Below are positions 36,101-51,100 of a DNA stretch of 64,000 nucleotides, piece after piece. The notes beneath the pieces were generated by a model, which searched no databases, was not told where the DNA came from, and saw only the letters and a list, made by a program, of their open reading frames with translations. The position numbers and the translations under genes are program-made. Source of the DNA: Botryllus schlosseri (lineage: Eukaryota); NCBI GenBank assembly GCA_051294905.1, contig CM119381.1:11594001-11658000 (forward strand), given 5' to 3'. Position 1 is the stretch's first letter, and each line of letters begins with the position of its first letter.

Positions 36101-39100
36101 ATGACATGCTATTCACAATTTCTAAACCGAGATATTCAAATCGCCTGACTCAATTATTGCAACTGGTTAATAATCCTTGTAAAGAAATCACGTGAGTGTA
36201 CATCGTTTTCAGGAAAGCGACATCTGTTTGCGATGTTCGAGATGAGTTTGGATGCGGGATTGCAGCTTGTCAAACGGCGTAGAAAACTGCAACATCTGCC
36301 TGTGCCAATAACCAGCCTTGTGTCCACCCTGTGTCGCCTGCTTCAAGATTTAATTCTCTTCATGGAGGATAACGGCGGTTTCGGATGTGCTGATGAGACT
36401 GAAGTGAGTATAATCAATCCTGACAAATTTTGCCTATTGTAGGCTACCAGCTCAGGGGTTACCATTACCAAGAGGCGACCCGCGAGGTCATATTTTGCGG
36501 CCGGCGATCTGATTTGAGATTTCGGAAGAACGTTTAGTAAAGCATTTGTAGACTAGCATTTTATCTATGACTGTCTTTCTGCTCAGTGCTGATCTTACGA
36601 CTGTTCTGCATGATTTAATTCAGCCTGATATATTAGGTAATTCATTTATATTACTCGTCAACAATTGTTACAGGCAAAAATTGTATTGTATTGGTGTATA
36701 GGTGGATTGTGTATTGCATTACATCATATCTGTTTCAATTTTCCGAACTTTCATATTCTATCATCTATTTGGCGGACAGTACCTATGTGACCTAGTAGTT
36801 CTATCATAGTATTTACGGCGGGTAGATCTATAATAAGTAATTGAAGAATTTGCCACCCTAAACGCTAGATTTTTCAAATTCAAAATTTTATACTCCGGTG
36901 ACTTCGCTTCTACAGGTTGGAATTGAGCCAAATTTGTTGTGTATCGTTTTTTACAGACAACATAACAATTTCGAGCGGTAGCCAGTACAATTTGAAAAAT
37001 TTTATGTTTATTTTCATTACATACATCCAAATCCTATTTTGTATATAGCACGTCGTCTATAGATTGGAGTTTTCATGAAATTATGCTCCAATGATTATCA
37101 GGAAGAAGATTCTGACGCTCCTTCCAGACCTTTATCGAGAAAAAGTAATAAATTGACTGACACTATCATGAAAAAGAAAAAATCGGAGAAATGGTACATG
37201 GAGAAACATCCAGATAAATTGACAGTACTTCTAGGTCGCCTCTACGTGTTTGCTTTTACATGGAGCATCGGAGGTACATTGAACAGGTAAGCAAATATTT
37301 GGATAGGATTTATTGAATGTTGACCCCAGTCAAAAACATGATCAGAAACTTTCGATTTGCGCAGGAGAAATGTATTGAAATCTTGTCCTAAAATCTAGAC
37401 ATATGCCTCATCAAATATGTTTTTGAAATTTCCTGAACCAGACTTTCTTGTATTGATGAATATTTTATGGAAATTGCTGTGCATTATTGGTTCGTGTGCC
37501 ACTGCCATGTGTAAATTTAATTAAAAACAAAGCAATATTGCTTCATTGTACTTCATGTTATGTTTGTCTTTGTATATTACTTTTCTTGATAAGCAGCATT
37601 GGTATTATATTGATACAAACATGTAAACATTGGGTCAGTCTGGATTTTGAATTCTTTAAATTTCACCAGTTTAGGTGTTTGATGGTCTGAACATATAGTT
37701 GAGCATAAAATTTTCCTTGCACTGGTGGGAACTGTTATGCATGCACGTCATGTACAACACACAGGGAGATTACTTGGAGGGAAAAAGCAAAGAAAATGAT
37801 ATCAACTATCATACTTTCAACTGTTAACTAGTCCGTAATTTCTTAAGCAATCAACGATTGAAGCCTCATGTGACTAAGATTTTTTCCAAGATTGATTTGT
37901 GTAGAAATCGCAGGTCTGAATAAAATCTACTCTTGTTAGGGTAACTCACACAGGTTTGTCTTTCAGCTGTTGACTTGGGATTTCAAATAAAACACCTTTT
38001 AGTTGTGGTCAAAAAAGCATAATCAATTAGTCGTTTGTTACAAGATACCATCATGGATATCATGGTATGGTATTGAAGATGGTTTCATATCATATCAGTC
38101 AGGTGAAGAATCGTATTTTGACAACTTTTCTGTGTTTGTAGAGAGGATGATCAAGAAGACGATTCTCTGATCAGTACAACTATCATTGGGAGAGACGAGA
38201 TGCTCATCAACATGAGTTACGATTTTGATCACTTCATTCATGAGACATTTGAAGGGGAACCTCCACTCGGTGTGAATTTTCCATCCGGCAGTCGATCCAT
38301 ATTTTCTTACTTTGTGGATATGCAGGTACAATTTCCATTTTTTTCAACTGTCACTCCATTGATTGCCGTATTATAGCGAGATTACTTTCAATCAACCACT
38401 GCAACAGTTTAGTGGGCACAGATTTTAAGTGTGAAATCGTCGCACATACTGGCAAACAGCTGTTGTATCTGTACTTCCTAATTTTCGTTTGGTAATCACA
38501 ACAACAATAACCAACATAAGTTCTGTACTATTCATATATAAGTGTTCTCAGAGTTCTTTACACATGGTTGATTGCCGATGATAATATCGCCTTTATCTTT
38601 ATTTGCTGTTCATCAATTTTTCAGACCGGCCACTTCACCCCGTGGGAAGAACTTGTACCAGAAACCAAGTCTCTTATCGAACGAGGTCTCACATATTCAA
38701 TGGTGAATGACTCCGTGGGTCTCTATTCAGACCAAAGGAAATCGGCAGCTGCTGATACTTCATCCACACTCGTCCCTACTACTGACACTGTGAGATTAAG
38801 AATTCAATTTTGATTTGTGTACTAGGCACAACTGCCCACAGAGACATTTATGCCACATAAAATCGAAATTTTGCTTTATATTCGTTGTACTTTCTTGCTA
38901 ATGATGTAGAAGTTATTGAAATCTCATTAGTGTGCGAATGTACCACTGTGGTGTCCACCTGACTTGGTCCGACCAATCCGTGTATAGCGTATCATTTTTT
39001 CTATTGTGCTATGCATTTTGCGCAAACAGCAATCCAGTCTTTCTATTTCAGATCCGATATTCATTCCTCTGTGCCTTGTTTCTTCTGAATAGACAACCAG

Positions 39101-42100
39101 TATTGTTGACTGGGGACAGCGGGGTCGGAAAGACTGCTCTGCTTCAGGTCGTATTTGATCTCAAAACTTGAGTGTTGCAAACACGAGCTTATCAAATGAT
39201 CTCTATTACAGACTTTACTGAAGCGACTTAACCAACCAAATGGATTGAGCACCCAACCTGGGTCAGTTTTGGGAGAAATCTTCCATAATGCCGATAAAGC
39301 TTCCACCATACTGCAGAATATTGCGAAACTTGGTCTTATCGAGCCAAAGAGCTCAGCTCCAGATGTATTTAGCACGTCAACATCAAGTACGTAACCTTCG
39401 TTCTTCTTTTACCAATTTAATTTGCTTCATTGTCTGTTGTCGGTTCAGGGGATACGAGATCATATTTATTCCTTTCCAGAGTTTTTGTGCCAATTATCTG
39501 GTTAGAAAAAATAACTGTAGCATGTATCTCTTCGCTCCGATTATTTGAAATTTCATGCCAGTGACTTGATATATTGTGGTACGATAGTTGATATATAATG
39601 TGCTTTCCAATTGCTGACGATTACCCATGGTAAGTGTCAGCCAAAAATATTTGGGTTGATTTCAATGTGAACATAGTATTCAATTGTATACCGGTATTGA
39701 AGTTCTGTACCTCCAAGAAACACCAACAGTCTACATATCTAGAGACATTTCTATTGTATGACATTGGGTCATAATTTTGTCATAATCTTATGTCTGAGTA
39801 ATTGCATTTCCATGGCTTATAGTTTTTGATTTTTCTGGCGCTAGACCGTACATAGCAAAAGTGAAATTATTCTTTATATATTGGTTTTTCTGCTTAGTTA
39901 GATAACTTTCAATGATCTATCTTATTGTTTCAGGCAATCAGCAGAGCAAAAGTAAAACTGGGAATCTAGTGATCAGCACAATCCAGTTCAGTGCTCAGAC
40001 AAATCCAGCCCGACCACGAGTAATTTTATTATCTTCATTTTAAATGTAGAAATTTATCCAATCCGCCTCATTACAGGCACAAATATTACATAAACTGGTG
40101 AAACGCGGTCGGGAAACCGTCGGGCCTCCGCGTGGAAAGAGAGCCATCGCTTTCATTAATGATTTGAACATGCCAACTCCTGAAAAATATGGTGCTCAAC
40201 CACCTTTGGAGTTACTGAGGTAGCACGAATACCATTTCTTATCTTTATAATGCTGGGGTATGCATCCTTTTTAGTCAAAGGGGCTTAGCTGATTTGTGAT
40301 CTTAAAATGGTATTATATCTTTACTTAAAACTTTTGTACCAAAATTGTAATATTAGATATGTGTCTTATCTTCTTTTACAATTATGAGAACAACAAACGT
40401 ACTAAAAGTAAAGTCATCAAACTTAATTGTGAGTAAGGGAATTCAAGGCAGCTGAGCTAATATTAACTTTGCAGAATTTCAGTTGGGCACAGCCTGCAAT
40501 TTGCCAAAACTAAACTTCTTGTTCTTTCGCTACTTACAGGCAATTCTTGGAAATGGGTGGATTCTATGACCTCAAAAGGCTTACATGGAAAAATGTTGTT
40601 GATGTGACTATAGCTGCATCTGCAGCACCGCCAGGTGGAGGAAGGAATGTGATCAGTGCTCGTTTATTGAAACATTTCAGCGTCCTCGCGATTCCGCAAC
40701 CTTCAACCAGATGCATGCAGCACATTTATCAGGTGATTTACTCGTTTTATTGCGCTATATTTGTGTTGTGAACTATTTTTGCTGCATACTTTCTTTCTGT
40801 GACATCAGTAATTATGGAAAAACGGCCATCTTAAAGGGTAATTTTATCATTAAAATACTAAATATTCAAGACACTCTGCTGATGAACAATACTCTGAAAC
40901 GCAATATATACTTTGTTGCAAAATTTGCTAGGTTTTCAGCTAAATATTTTCACCTTTTGGTAGCTGCGTTTTACTCTATTGTTACCTTCATGGCAGCATA
41001 CATTTTACTATGCATATACTTCCATGAATATGAACCAAATTTTTCTGGGTCCATTCTAGGTGCAACTTGGTAGAGTCATGGAAAGCTATGACTTTATGCC
41101 CGAGGTGAAAGAATGCCGACCGCAATTGGTCAGCGCAGCGATCGCCGTCTATTACAAGATGTGCAATGGAATGCTGCCGACTCCAGACAAGTCACACTAC
41201 ACGTTCAATTTACGGGATTTATCCGCTGTAATTAAAGGAGTGCTACAGGTTGGAAGCTTTTATTTTCCTTGTCACTACTTTCACCCCTTATTTAACAAAC
41301 CATTGTTCTCTATTTGCAATGAAGAATGTCCATTTTGTTTCTCATTTAAACCGTGTAACAATACAGCAAGGATAAACTGCAGGTTAACTGAGACGTATCA
41401 ATGAAAAGATAAAAAATATTTTTATTCAAACTTCGTACCACCATTTCTCCTGCTCGGATCACACAATTTCAAATTGGTTAACACTGTACTTATTTCCCAG
41501 GCCAATCACACGGTTATAGTATCTCGGGAAACAATCGCTCATCTTTTCGCTCACGAAGCAACCAGGGTTTTTCACGATCGTCTCACCAACCAGACTGACA
41601 GACAGACGTTCTTCAACTTCTTGTCTGACGATTTGCATAATTATTTCAAGGTACTGCGATCCAAGTGATTTTAGTTTGTGTGTGTATTCTGTTATATTTC
41701 GAGTCGCTATTATAATGCTGTATTCTTGAAGTTCTTGCCATTGTTACAATACGAATTTCATGGTCTGTAATTTCGACAGCTATGTCACACGTTTCACATT
41801 TATTTCACTTTTGAATCTATTTAAATTTCTTTAGTGTAGTCGTAGTGGTTCCCAAACGATGGGGAATTCCCCACTGGTGGGGAATTTCGCGATTTCTGGT
41901 GGGGAATAGATTCAGTTTTGAAAAAATCTTTACAGTAATATTCTCCTTTATTAAATGTCGTTTTGAAATGCCGACCGAATATTTCATAGCTCATTTGCCA
42001 TTCAGCGATTCATATTATCAGTGCCTCCAATTAGCGAGAATCGCCTTGATAGCGACACGCGACCTCCAGAAATGTTTTTTTTTCATTTGTGCACCATCAT

Positions 42101-45100
42101 CGGTCACGAAACGTAGTGGTAGAAAAATTCTGATTGTAATAAGAGCTCATATTGCTGAACATTTATTCAACAGAGATCGTGGACTCTCTAATTGATAGCA
42201 CATCCGGACTCAGTACCAATGAGAATACATATTTATGTTATTTCAAGTTATTTTATGATTGTGCGAAAGTGTAGTTTACGGCGGCTTATATATATATCGT
42301 CAACATCAATAAGTTTATCTGACCCATGTATTATTTGGCATCTACGTAGGTAAATTGATGCTACCTCGCAACATTTGGAAAATTTTCAACCCCTCCTATT
42401 TTTCTGTTGGCTGCGCGCCATCGTAGATACATATATTTACGGAAGTTTGTTTACGGTCACCAGTTCACCGCTGCGTTAATTTTATTGTGTGCTGATCAAT
42501 TCCGGGGATCTTAACTAACTACCACTAAGCAAAGTCTTGCAAAATTTGATTAGAGGTAGGTAGCACTTTAAAGGGTAGATATGGATATAGAGATTTTTGG
42601 TGGGGAATGAAGGCTCGGGATAAATCGGAAGTGGGAAATTAGGATAAAAAGGTTGGGAACCACTGCTTTAGTATGTATTTTGTCATAATGAAATCCAGGA
42701 TGAGCGAAAAATAATTTTTTACAATTGAGCTGTCATTTTTTTTTGTTTACATTGTCCGATTTTTAATCGAATAATTTTTGTCATTTTCCCAGCTCACAAT
42801 TGCTCCGGAGAAGCTTGAATCCAACCCGCTGATCTTCGGTGATTTTCTCGACATGAACGTTCCGTCAGCTTCCAGAATCTATCGCCATTTGCCGGACCGG
42901 AAAATGCTCAACACTCTCCTTACTGAGTATTATATGAGGATAAGGTATAATCAACTCATGATGTAGCATTTCTTTCGTGAAAAGTGTCACCAGAGCATAG
43001 TTCAAAATGATTTGGTATTTACAATTAGCAAGTATCGTACAGTAATTGTAAAGAATTGCTAAAATTGTGCATTTCTTGAATTCCAAAATTGGTTGCGAAT
43101 CGAGACATGCTGATTGCAATAAATCCATCTATATATTCGTGCACTCATTTCTTGTCCAAAGTGCTGGGAACATTAAAGCAGCCCCCCTGGTGTTCTTCAA
43201 TGAAGCCGTGGGTCATATCGTACGAGCCACCCGGATATTCCGTCAACCAGGGGGCCATGCCCTTCTCGTTGGCATGGATGGTACCGGCAAAGTAACTACA
43301 TGCAAACTATCGAGCCAAATTGTGGGCTGCGAGCTATACAGGTAGTAAAATTCTGTGCATTATCTGTAAAGTCTCAAAAACATTGTTTTCCGCACACTCT
43401 CAGACTCTCTGTCGTGCGAGGATACACGTATCTGGATTTTCGGGAAGAATTGAAAAAAGTCTTTCGAATGACGGGCGTGCAGAATTTGCCGACTGTGTTT
43501 TTGTTGACCGACTCTGATATTGTGGATGAAACGATATTAGAAGACATCAACTGTATTTTAAACACAGGTAAGTTTCCGTTTATATAGTTTACATATTTTC
43601 TACTCTGGTCAACAAAACCGATAATCACTTTGCCAGTTCTACTGTTTGTCGACGGACAATAATTGTGTTAAATATTTTTGTATCTCATGTTCAATATAAT
43701 TAAACTCTCTTACCCAATGTATGATTATATGATGAATGATTTCATCAGATTGATTATAGTTGTATTTGTAAATTGACATATCTTTTTTAACACACTAAGG
43801 TACCATCATGTGCCTCAAATTCATACATGCACACTGCATAGTATCAAGAATTTACGGAAAGACGTGAAGGGGTTAAAAACTGGACAGATAGTCTACATCA
43901 GTTGTTCCAGAAGTTGGCACCAATGACCTGGAAGGTAGCGCTAACTGCAAACTGTGTCCGTTGATAGAAAAAATACGTATTGAGAGTAAACAGGGAGTTA
44001 TGCACCATAGAAATCTGTTTGGAATATATATAAATTAATAGCTCCATTTGTCTACTCGGAACATATATATATTAATATTATTTTGGTCACTATGTGTACC
44101 GTCATACAAGGAGCATTCAATCAGAAATTGTCATGAACGCTCTACGTAGATATTCATTGTTTGGCAACAACGAATTTTCTAACCAACCGATTAATCAACT
44201 ATTTGAATTGTTGGCCACCGAGGTGTATCAAATACAGTTTCTCAACGCCTGTTCGTCTAAGAGGAAGGTTTAAGTCCTCAATGCACCGCAACGAAAAGCG
44301 ACGACTTTGGAAGTGATATTGGCTATTTATTTCTTTTATTCCTTGATTGTGTCGGTCCTGAAATTTCTACAGATTTCTGACTGACATAACGATCTAAATT
44401 GGGCTAATGTCAAATGTCTCAGAAACTCTGGTCTATAATCAAAAATATTCAGGGATCTTGTTGCCTATCCAAATACTCCGTCTACATTCACCAGGTGAGG
44501 ATCCCGATTTGTTTGATGGTGAAGAGCTGGACACAATTCTGATGGATATCAAACAAGCAGCGATCGAATCCGATGTGCCCGACACTCCAATAGCTGTTTA
44601 CAGATTCTTCCTTGACCGAGTACATAAGAATTTGCACGTGGCACTGGCTTTGAGCCCGGCGGGATCCTCGTTCAGGCAGAGATGTCGAATTCACCCTGCT
44701 CTCGTCAATTGTTGCACAATCGATTGGTAAGTCATGAAAGAATATTTCCATAAATATCCATTAAAAGGTCATTTACTACACTAGGTGACTTTAAAGTAGA
44801 CTGTTTTAGTCATCAATATGTATAAAAGTATGTATTACAGCAGGGCTTCTCAACTTCTCAGTTAAAACAGGGCTCGTTTTAATGCAATGGGCTGCAGAAC
44901 ATTGTTAACATGTATTTGTACTGTTCAATTTACTGTATATACCGGTGCTATTCCCTGGGTTGTAATCAAGTCACAAGGTTCCGAGTAAGAAGTCAATCTC
45001 ACTTTCGTAGTTTTGACTCGATTCAAATTTAGTTATTTTCAATTCACCACCGAGTAAGTCCGAGTTTGACTCCAATTCAGTAAGTAGAGGGTCGAGTCCG

Positions 45101-48100
45101 AGTCATAGTGTTTTGACTCGAGTCCCAGTGGTTGTTCAGTTTTCAGTTTAATCCGTTTCAACCCACTTTTCTCGACTCTGCTCGAGTGATATAAAATGGC
45201 CCGCATCATCATATAAATATTTTCCTCAATTTTAACAGTTTTTGACCCTATTTTTCTAGTACCGGGACATCAATAATGTGGTAAAGTTATTATTCTTCCA
45301 AGTTACATTGAAATGTCTGTCTTTGTCGTACTAGTCCCGGGTCACATGAGTTGGTTCGGATCATTACAACCCTGGCTATACCGATGTTTACTTCATTTTT
45401 GTTTATCCTGAAACATAAATGGATAACGTTTGTAGATTTGCAGTCACAACTTCTTCCTACTGAGAATTGAATTTAACGACAATTATGTTTCTTGAATTAC
45501 CGGTACTAAAATATAAAAATGAAATTCAATTATTGATTTAATCTTAATAAAACCTCTGAGTCTGCATTCTGATCACAATTACTTACTGAGTCTGCTTGCA
45601 TGTAATTTACCAAATGTTTTTCCGTTAATTACGGAGTTTAAAGTGTTATTTTAAAATGTTACCAGACAATATGATTTAGGGTCGGTCTTGAGAAACACTG
45701 ATTTCGATTTGCAATTCATCAGAACATTAATGCTATTGTGTATGGTGTAGGTATGATCGCTGGCCAACAGAGGCACTCATAAGTGTTGCTCAGGCTTACT
45801 TTACCCGGGAGGATATGGATCTTGAAAGCAGTAATCCATCCACACCACAACCCAATAGTGCTTCATCGCAGGTAATTTCTATATGCAGCAAAATATTTGA
45901 TTCCAATTTGACCATTCATATAATTAATCCAAAATATACTAAAAGGAGTTTACCAGACGGTGTGATTTCAATTGTCATTATGTAGCGGACAGATAATTTT
46001 GTTTGATTGTCATTGCTTCCTCGTTTATTAATGGGGTGGTGGATTTTATTAGATGTAAGAATAGGCATATGTGAAACCCTTACATTCTTACTCACATCAT
46101 TAATAAATACTAGAAATAAATCTTTTCTCTACCTTTTCTTTACCACAGCAATTAGTCAATAAACTGGATAAATTATTTCAGCTTTCACAAATATCAAATC
46201 TTGTCTATATTTAACAAGCTTTTTCAGGGCTTGATTTGTCATATCGTTATTATCATTATATAAACCAACTTGATGCTGGTATCTTACGTTTCTATGAATA
46301 TTATGAACTGATATATTATAATAGCTGAAGAGCTTCTTTGAGGTACAGAACTTCAATATATACCATTGAATAGTATATTGATATTGAAATGAACCGGGAT
46401 ATTTTCGGCTGACACTCGTCAGGGGTAATAGGCAGCAACTAGTAATGACTTGGAAAGAACATTGTATATCAACAATCGTATCACAAAATATGATGTCACC
46501 GACATGAACTTTCGAATAATCGGGGGGGAGAGAGAGCTTGGGCTCAATGTACTATTTTTAGATGGTGCACAAAGTCTTTCTGTACGCACAGGCTTGGTTG
46601 GCGTATTTTGATAAGTCGAAAATTCAACTAATGACCACCGTAAACTAGCCCAAATCCGAAGGAAGTGCGTATATCATGCAATTAACCCTTGCGTGCCTTG
46701 CAGCTCTCATCCAATTCTTCGGTTGCCGACCACGTTGCTTCCGTTTGTGTTCAAGTTCACAGAAGTGCGACCAAAGCCGGGAAACGATTTTGGGTTGAAA
46801 TGAGGCGTCACTACTACACGACACCGAGTAGTTATTTGGAATTTATACAGGTGATGTTTTTTAGCTTGTATGGTAGTGAGTACCCAGTAGCTGTATACAG
46901 ACCAGGGTTTTAACCAAGTCACAAGGTTCCGAGTCACAAATCAATCTCACTTTTATAGTTTTGACTTGAGTCAAGTCGAGTCATCTTCAATTCACCTCAG
47001 AGTCAATTCCTAGTCAGCTAGTAGAGAGGGTAGAGTCCGTGTCATAGTGTTTTGACTCGAGTCCAAGTCATTATGTACTCTTTTCAGTTCACCCCACTTT
47101 TTTCAACTCTGCTAGAGTGATATAGAATGGCTCGCATTCATAATATAGCAATTTTACTTAGTTTTAACAGTGTCTGGCCCTATTTCCAAGTATCAGGACT
47201 GATCGACGAAATGCCAATAATGTGCTGACTTTATTATTCTTTGTCCTAGTCTCGAGTCATATGACTTGTTTATATTAAATTCAAAGTTTTCTACTGTTTT
47301 CTACTGGTTGGAATGAAGCCATGGCTGTGCGACCTTATTTAGCCGACCCAGCCATTTTAGACAATAACCGAAGCATCTGAAAAAAAGTTTTTGAACAACC
47401 CTATTCGACATAGTACTTGACAGTCTCAGTGGTCGCCTGGTCTTCAAGATATAGAATTTTCTTTTTGCATTCCAGGTTTTCACAAAAATGCTCTCCGAAA
47501 ACAAACAGACCTTTAACGAAAGCCTGCAGCGGCTTGACGTTGGACTGACAAGGCTTGCTGAAGCGAAACTGATGGTTGGCAGCATGCAGCAGGAACTCGT
47601 CGACCTCGGTCCCAGGATCGAGCAGAAAGCGAAAGACACAGAAAAATTGATGACACAACTGAAGAAAGATACAGAGGCAGTCAACCAGGTAATTCCGATA
47701 CTTGAAACTAGAAAATGGTAACAAGCAACTTGACTTTCTCCGTTCATTTTGAAAATTAAGTTGCATAGACAGCTGCTATTGCCCAACTAATAAAGATAAC
47801 TGGATCTACCACATTCTTTCTGAAAAGTTTATTTATTCGTTTGAAATCCAAATCCACTTAAATCAGTTTTAAGTTCTATCTTGCGTTAAGAGAATTCATT
47901 TCATTGTTGAATGTAGATGAAATTTAATGTTTAAATCAGGAACAAGATTTAAGTTTGATATTTTTAATATGCTTTTCAAGTGAACTGATGTTTAATATAA
48001 TCGCTCGCGTCCACTCAGCCTTCAAGTCTGAATGAGAAGTCTGCATAAGAACAAGGCAATGAATGAAGATATCCCACACCAAAGTTATGAATGAGAATAG

Positions 48101-51100
48101 TTGTTCAATAAATACGGTACATGAATATGAAGGAGTATCGTTTTCGGATATTCTAGCAACTGCGCACTGATCTATTTTTAAAATTTTTTGTGCGTTTCCA
48201 ATTTATAGTAGACGTATCATGTCATACCATGTGAAAAGTACAATCATATACTATTGCTATTACGTCAAAATACTGCCAATTTCTTTCCAAAATTTATGGA
48301 GATGGTGCAATAGTTTATCCTAGGACCAAGAACATATAAATGCCGGCATTCTACCCCGAGAGTCAAAGGGTGCCTGTTGAGAAATGTATGCTCCATACCA
48401 TACACAAGATGTAAAGCAGTTTTTATTCCTACAGGTGCGAGAGATCGTAAAACAAGAGGAAGAAGTGATGGCAAATGAGACAAAAATAGTCCAGGAGTAC
48501 GCCCAGCAAGCGACTAAGGACTTGCAATCAGTCTTGCCTGCGCTGCAGGTAAAATGTGAATCTCCTTTTTCAAATTTTCGCATGTCTCTGCTACGGTACT
48601 CTTGTCAACTATGCCTGGTACATTTTGGTGATTTGGAATTACAAGATAAACATATTTGACAATTCACTAATTTCAGTAATTCTGTTCATTATTTCAAGAT
48701 ATTGTATAGTTTTTAATATTCAAAACACAGTAATTATATGAATTGAGGAACTTAAATTCAATCCAGAACTACATGTGACATCCAACTGTGTTTGGGGTGA
48801 ATATTTTCACTCTAATATGATAATTTTTGGAAAAATACATGTCTATTTGTCACTGAGATTGGCGTGTAAAGAATTACATTATTAATCATTATTTCTTTGG
48901 TATTATTAGCAGCTTTTTTACCATTTTCTCAGGATGCTGTCACTGCGCTTGACGCACTCGATAAATCCGATGTCGCAGAGATTCGAGTTTATCAAAAGCC
49001 ACCTCAACTTGTAGCCACTGTGATGAATGCCGTCTGTATCCTTTTGCAAGAAAAGGCCGACTGGCCGGCCGCCAAGAAATTGTTGGGGGATCCTGGCTTT
49101 CTGAAACGGCTGGTGCTCTTGGATCGCGACGGGTTACCCGATCGGCTGTTCGTACGACTGAGAAAAATCACAAAATCTCCAGATTTCAATCCTGAAAAAA
49201 TTGGTCAAGTATGAATCTTTTTTCAGATCATGTTTCCTTTTTTTGCATGGGAAATCTAGGCACGTTTGGGATGGCAATAATCATTCTGTGGATTGGAATT
49301 TAATTTCTTTATACATTTCAACAATTCCCATTCACAGATAATAGTGAAGGGTCAACATGTGTTACATTCTCATAAGATCATCGTGAAGTGTTTTACAATT
49401 CAAAAAAGATTCAAATTTGGTCGCCATTCCTGAGCTGTACATTGTACAATGCTTGTAGTAGTTTGCTAGGAAAGAAACAGTCTTTATTTCAATAATCCTG
49501 AATAAAGAATTCTGTTGATCCCGGCAGTTAATACTGACAAAAATCTTCTATTACAGAGGAAACAAGATACAACTAGTTCGCCCAGCTCGCGGTTGGCATG
49601 TGATTGTTATGTTTTATTGTATAATCGTGATATATTTCCGGGCTTCACCAAATGACTTTGAGGACGTCAATTTAAGACCCAGGCCCCACATAATAGATGC
49701 CAAGATCGTAATCACGATTCCATTTCATTCCTCCTGCAAGGGTGATCACTATTTCGTACTTTTTTGCATCTGTGATCATATGAGTATGTGGCACAGTAGC
49801 ACGCGGCACTTCAGTATGTGGGTTAAAGTTAGGGTTACGTTTGGATTAGGGTTGCATTTACGTGGAGGGTAAGGTTAATTTTGGGTTTAGGCTTAGTTTG
49901 GTAGTTGTGAAGTCACATGGTGATATTATGTTGTGCCTGCTAACGTGTCTCATGCTAAACTGTCGTCTATCATTATGTCAAGGAACCAATTTTTTGATAG
50001 CAGGATTGTGAAATCAGGCTGTTTGAAGAGTGAAATTGCCCTGAATTTACCAACACCCATGCCCTATACCAAATCCTCATGTACGTAACAGGCGAAAATT
50101 TAGACGGTGCGATGTAATTTCTGCCATCTAAAATGCGAAGTTGCTATTGCCAGGTATCATCCGCTTGTAAGTCTATCTGCATCTGGGTGTTAGCATTACA
50201 ACACTACAACGATGTCCAGCGCATGGTAGAACCAAAACAACGTCGTGTTAAGGAAGCACGTGAAGCCTTGCATATCGCCGAAGGAAATTTGAAAGAAAAA
50301 CAGGTGAAGTGAAATGAGGAAATGAACATTTAGATATGCCCGATTATTCCAATTTGAAAAAGCAATATCTTAGTTATATAAGGTTACTGAGTGCTGAATC
50401 TTGTTACGGGTGAAATTATTTCAAATCTCACTGCATCAATACCATATACAGGAGGCCCATGACTCAGAAATACTAGCTTGTATGTTTTATGACAAACGAT
50501 ATTGGAAACTATAATCTCATAAATATGACAAAATTAACTTTTTGCTATTATGGACAATCACGTATAAGTCTGAATGTATCACACCAGTAGCTATCATACT
50601 TATATATCCTTGTGCCCTGTCAGTTGTGTTTCATGTATTTCATACCTGGGCAATGGGCAATCTTTATTTTGTTGGCTCAAAGTATGTAAACAGTGACAAG
50701 ACTGATGACTGCTTGGCTGCTTGTTTTAAGTCGAGACGGATTTAATAAGTTTCGTGCCGAATGAGTTTTTCACACCAAACACTGATTTGATAAAAATATT
50801 TTGAAAGATTTCTTCTTGCAGAAGCTTGTCTCTATTCAAATAAATATCTGTTTATTTTCATATTACCTTGCAATTGCTGAATCGGCAACCTTTTCTGTTT
50901 AGATGAGCCTAGAAAAAATCAAAGGTCACTTGGACAGGTTGCGAAAACATTTTGAGGATAATGTTGCGGAACAAGAAAGGTTGAAAAAGAGAAAAATTAT
51001 TACGGCTCAGAGATTACGACGAGCATCAGTTCTGATCAATGCTCTTGCAGATGAAGAGGTAAACTTTGATCTCAAGTATTCAGTGATGTGGTTGTGTGTA

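Noticed and set aside
47301-47786. 161-aa minus-strand ORF and similar antisense ORFs in the track
   Set aside because: Antisense shadows of dynein exons
49820-49902. TTAGGG-like tract as an interstitial telomere
   Set aside because: Only two exact non-adjacent units in degenerate sequence; more likely a repeat fragment
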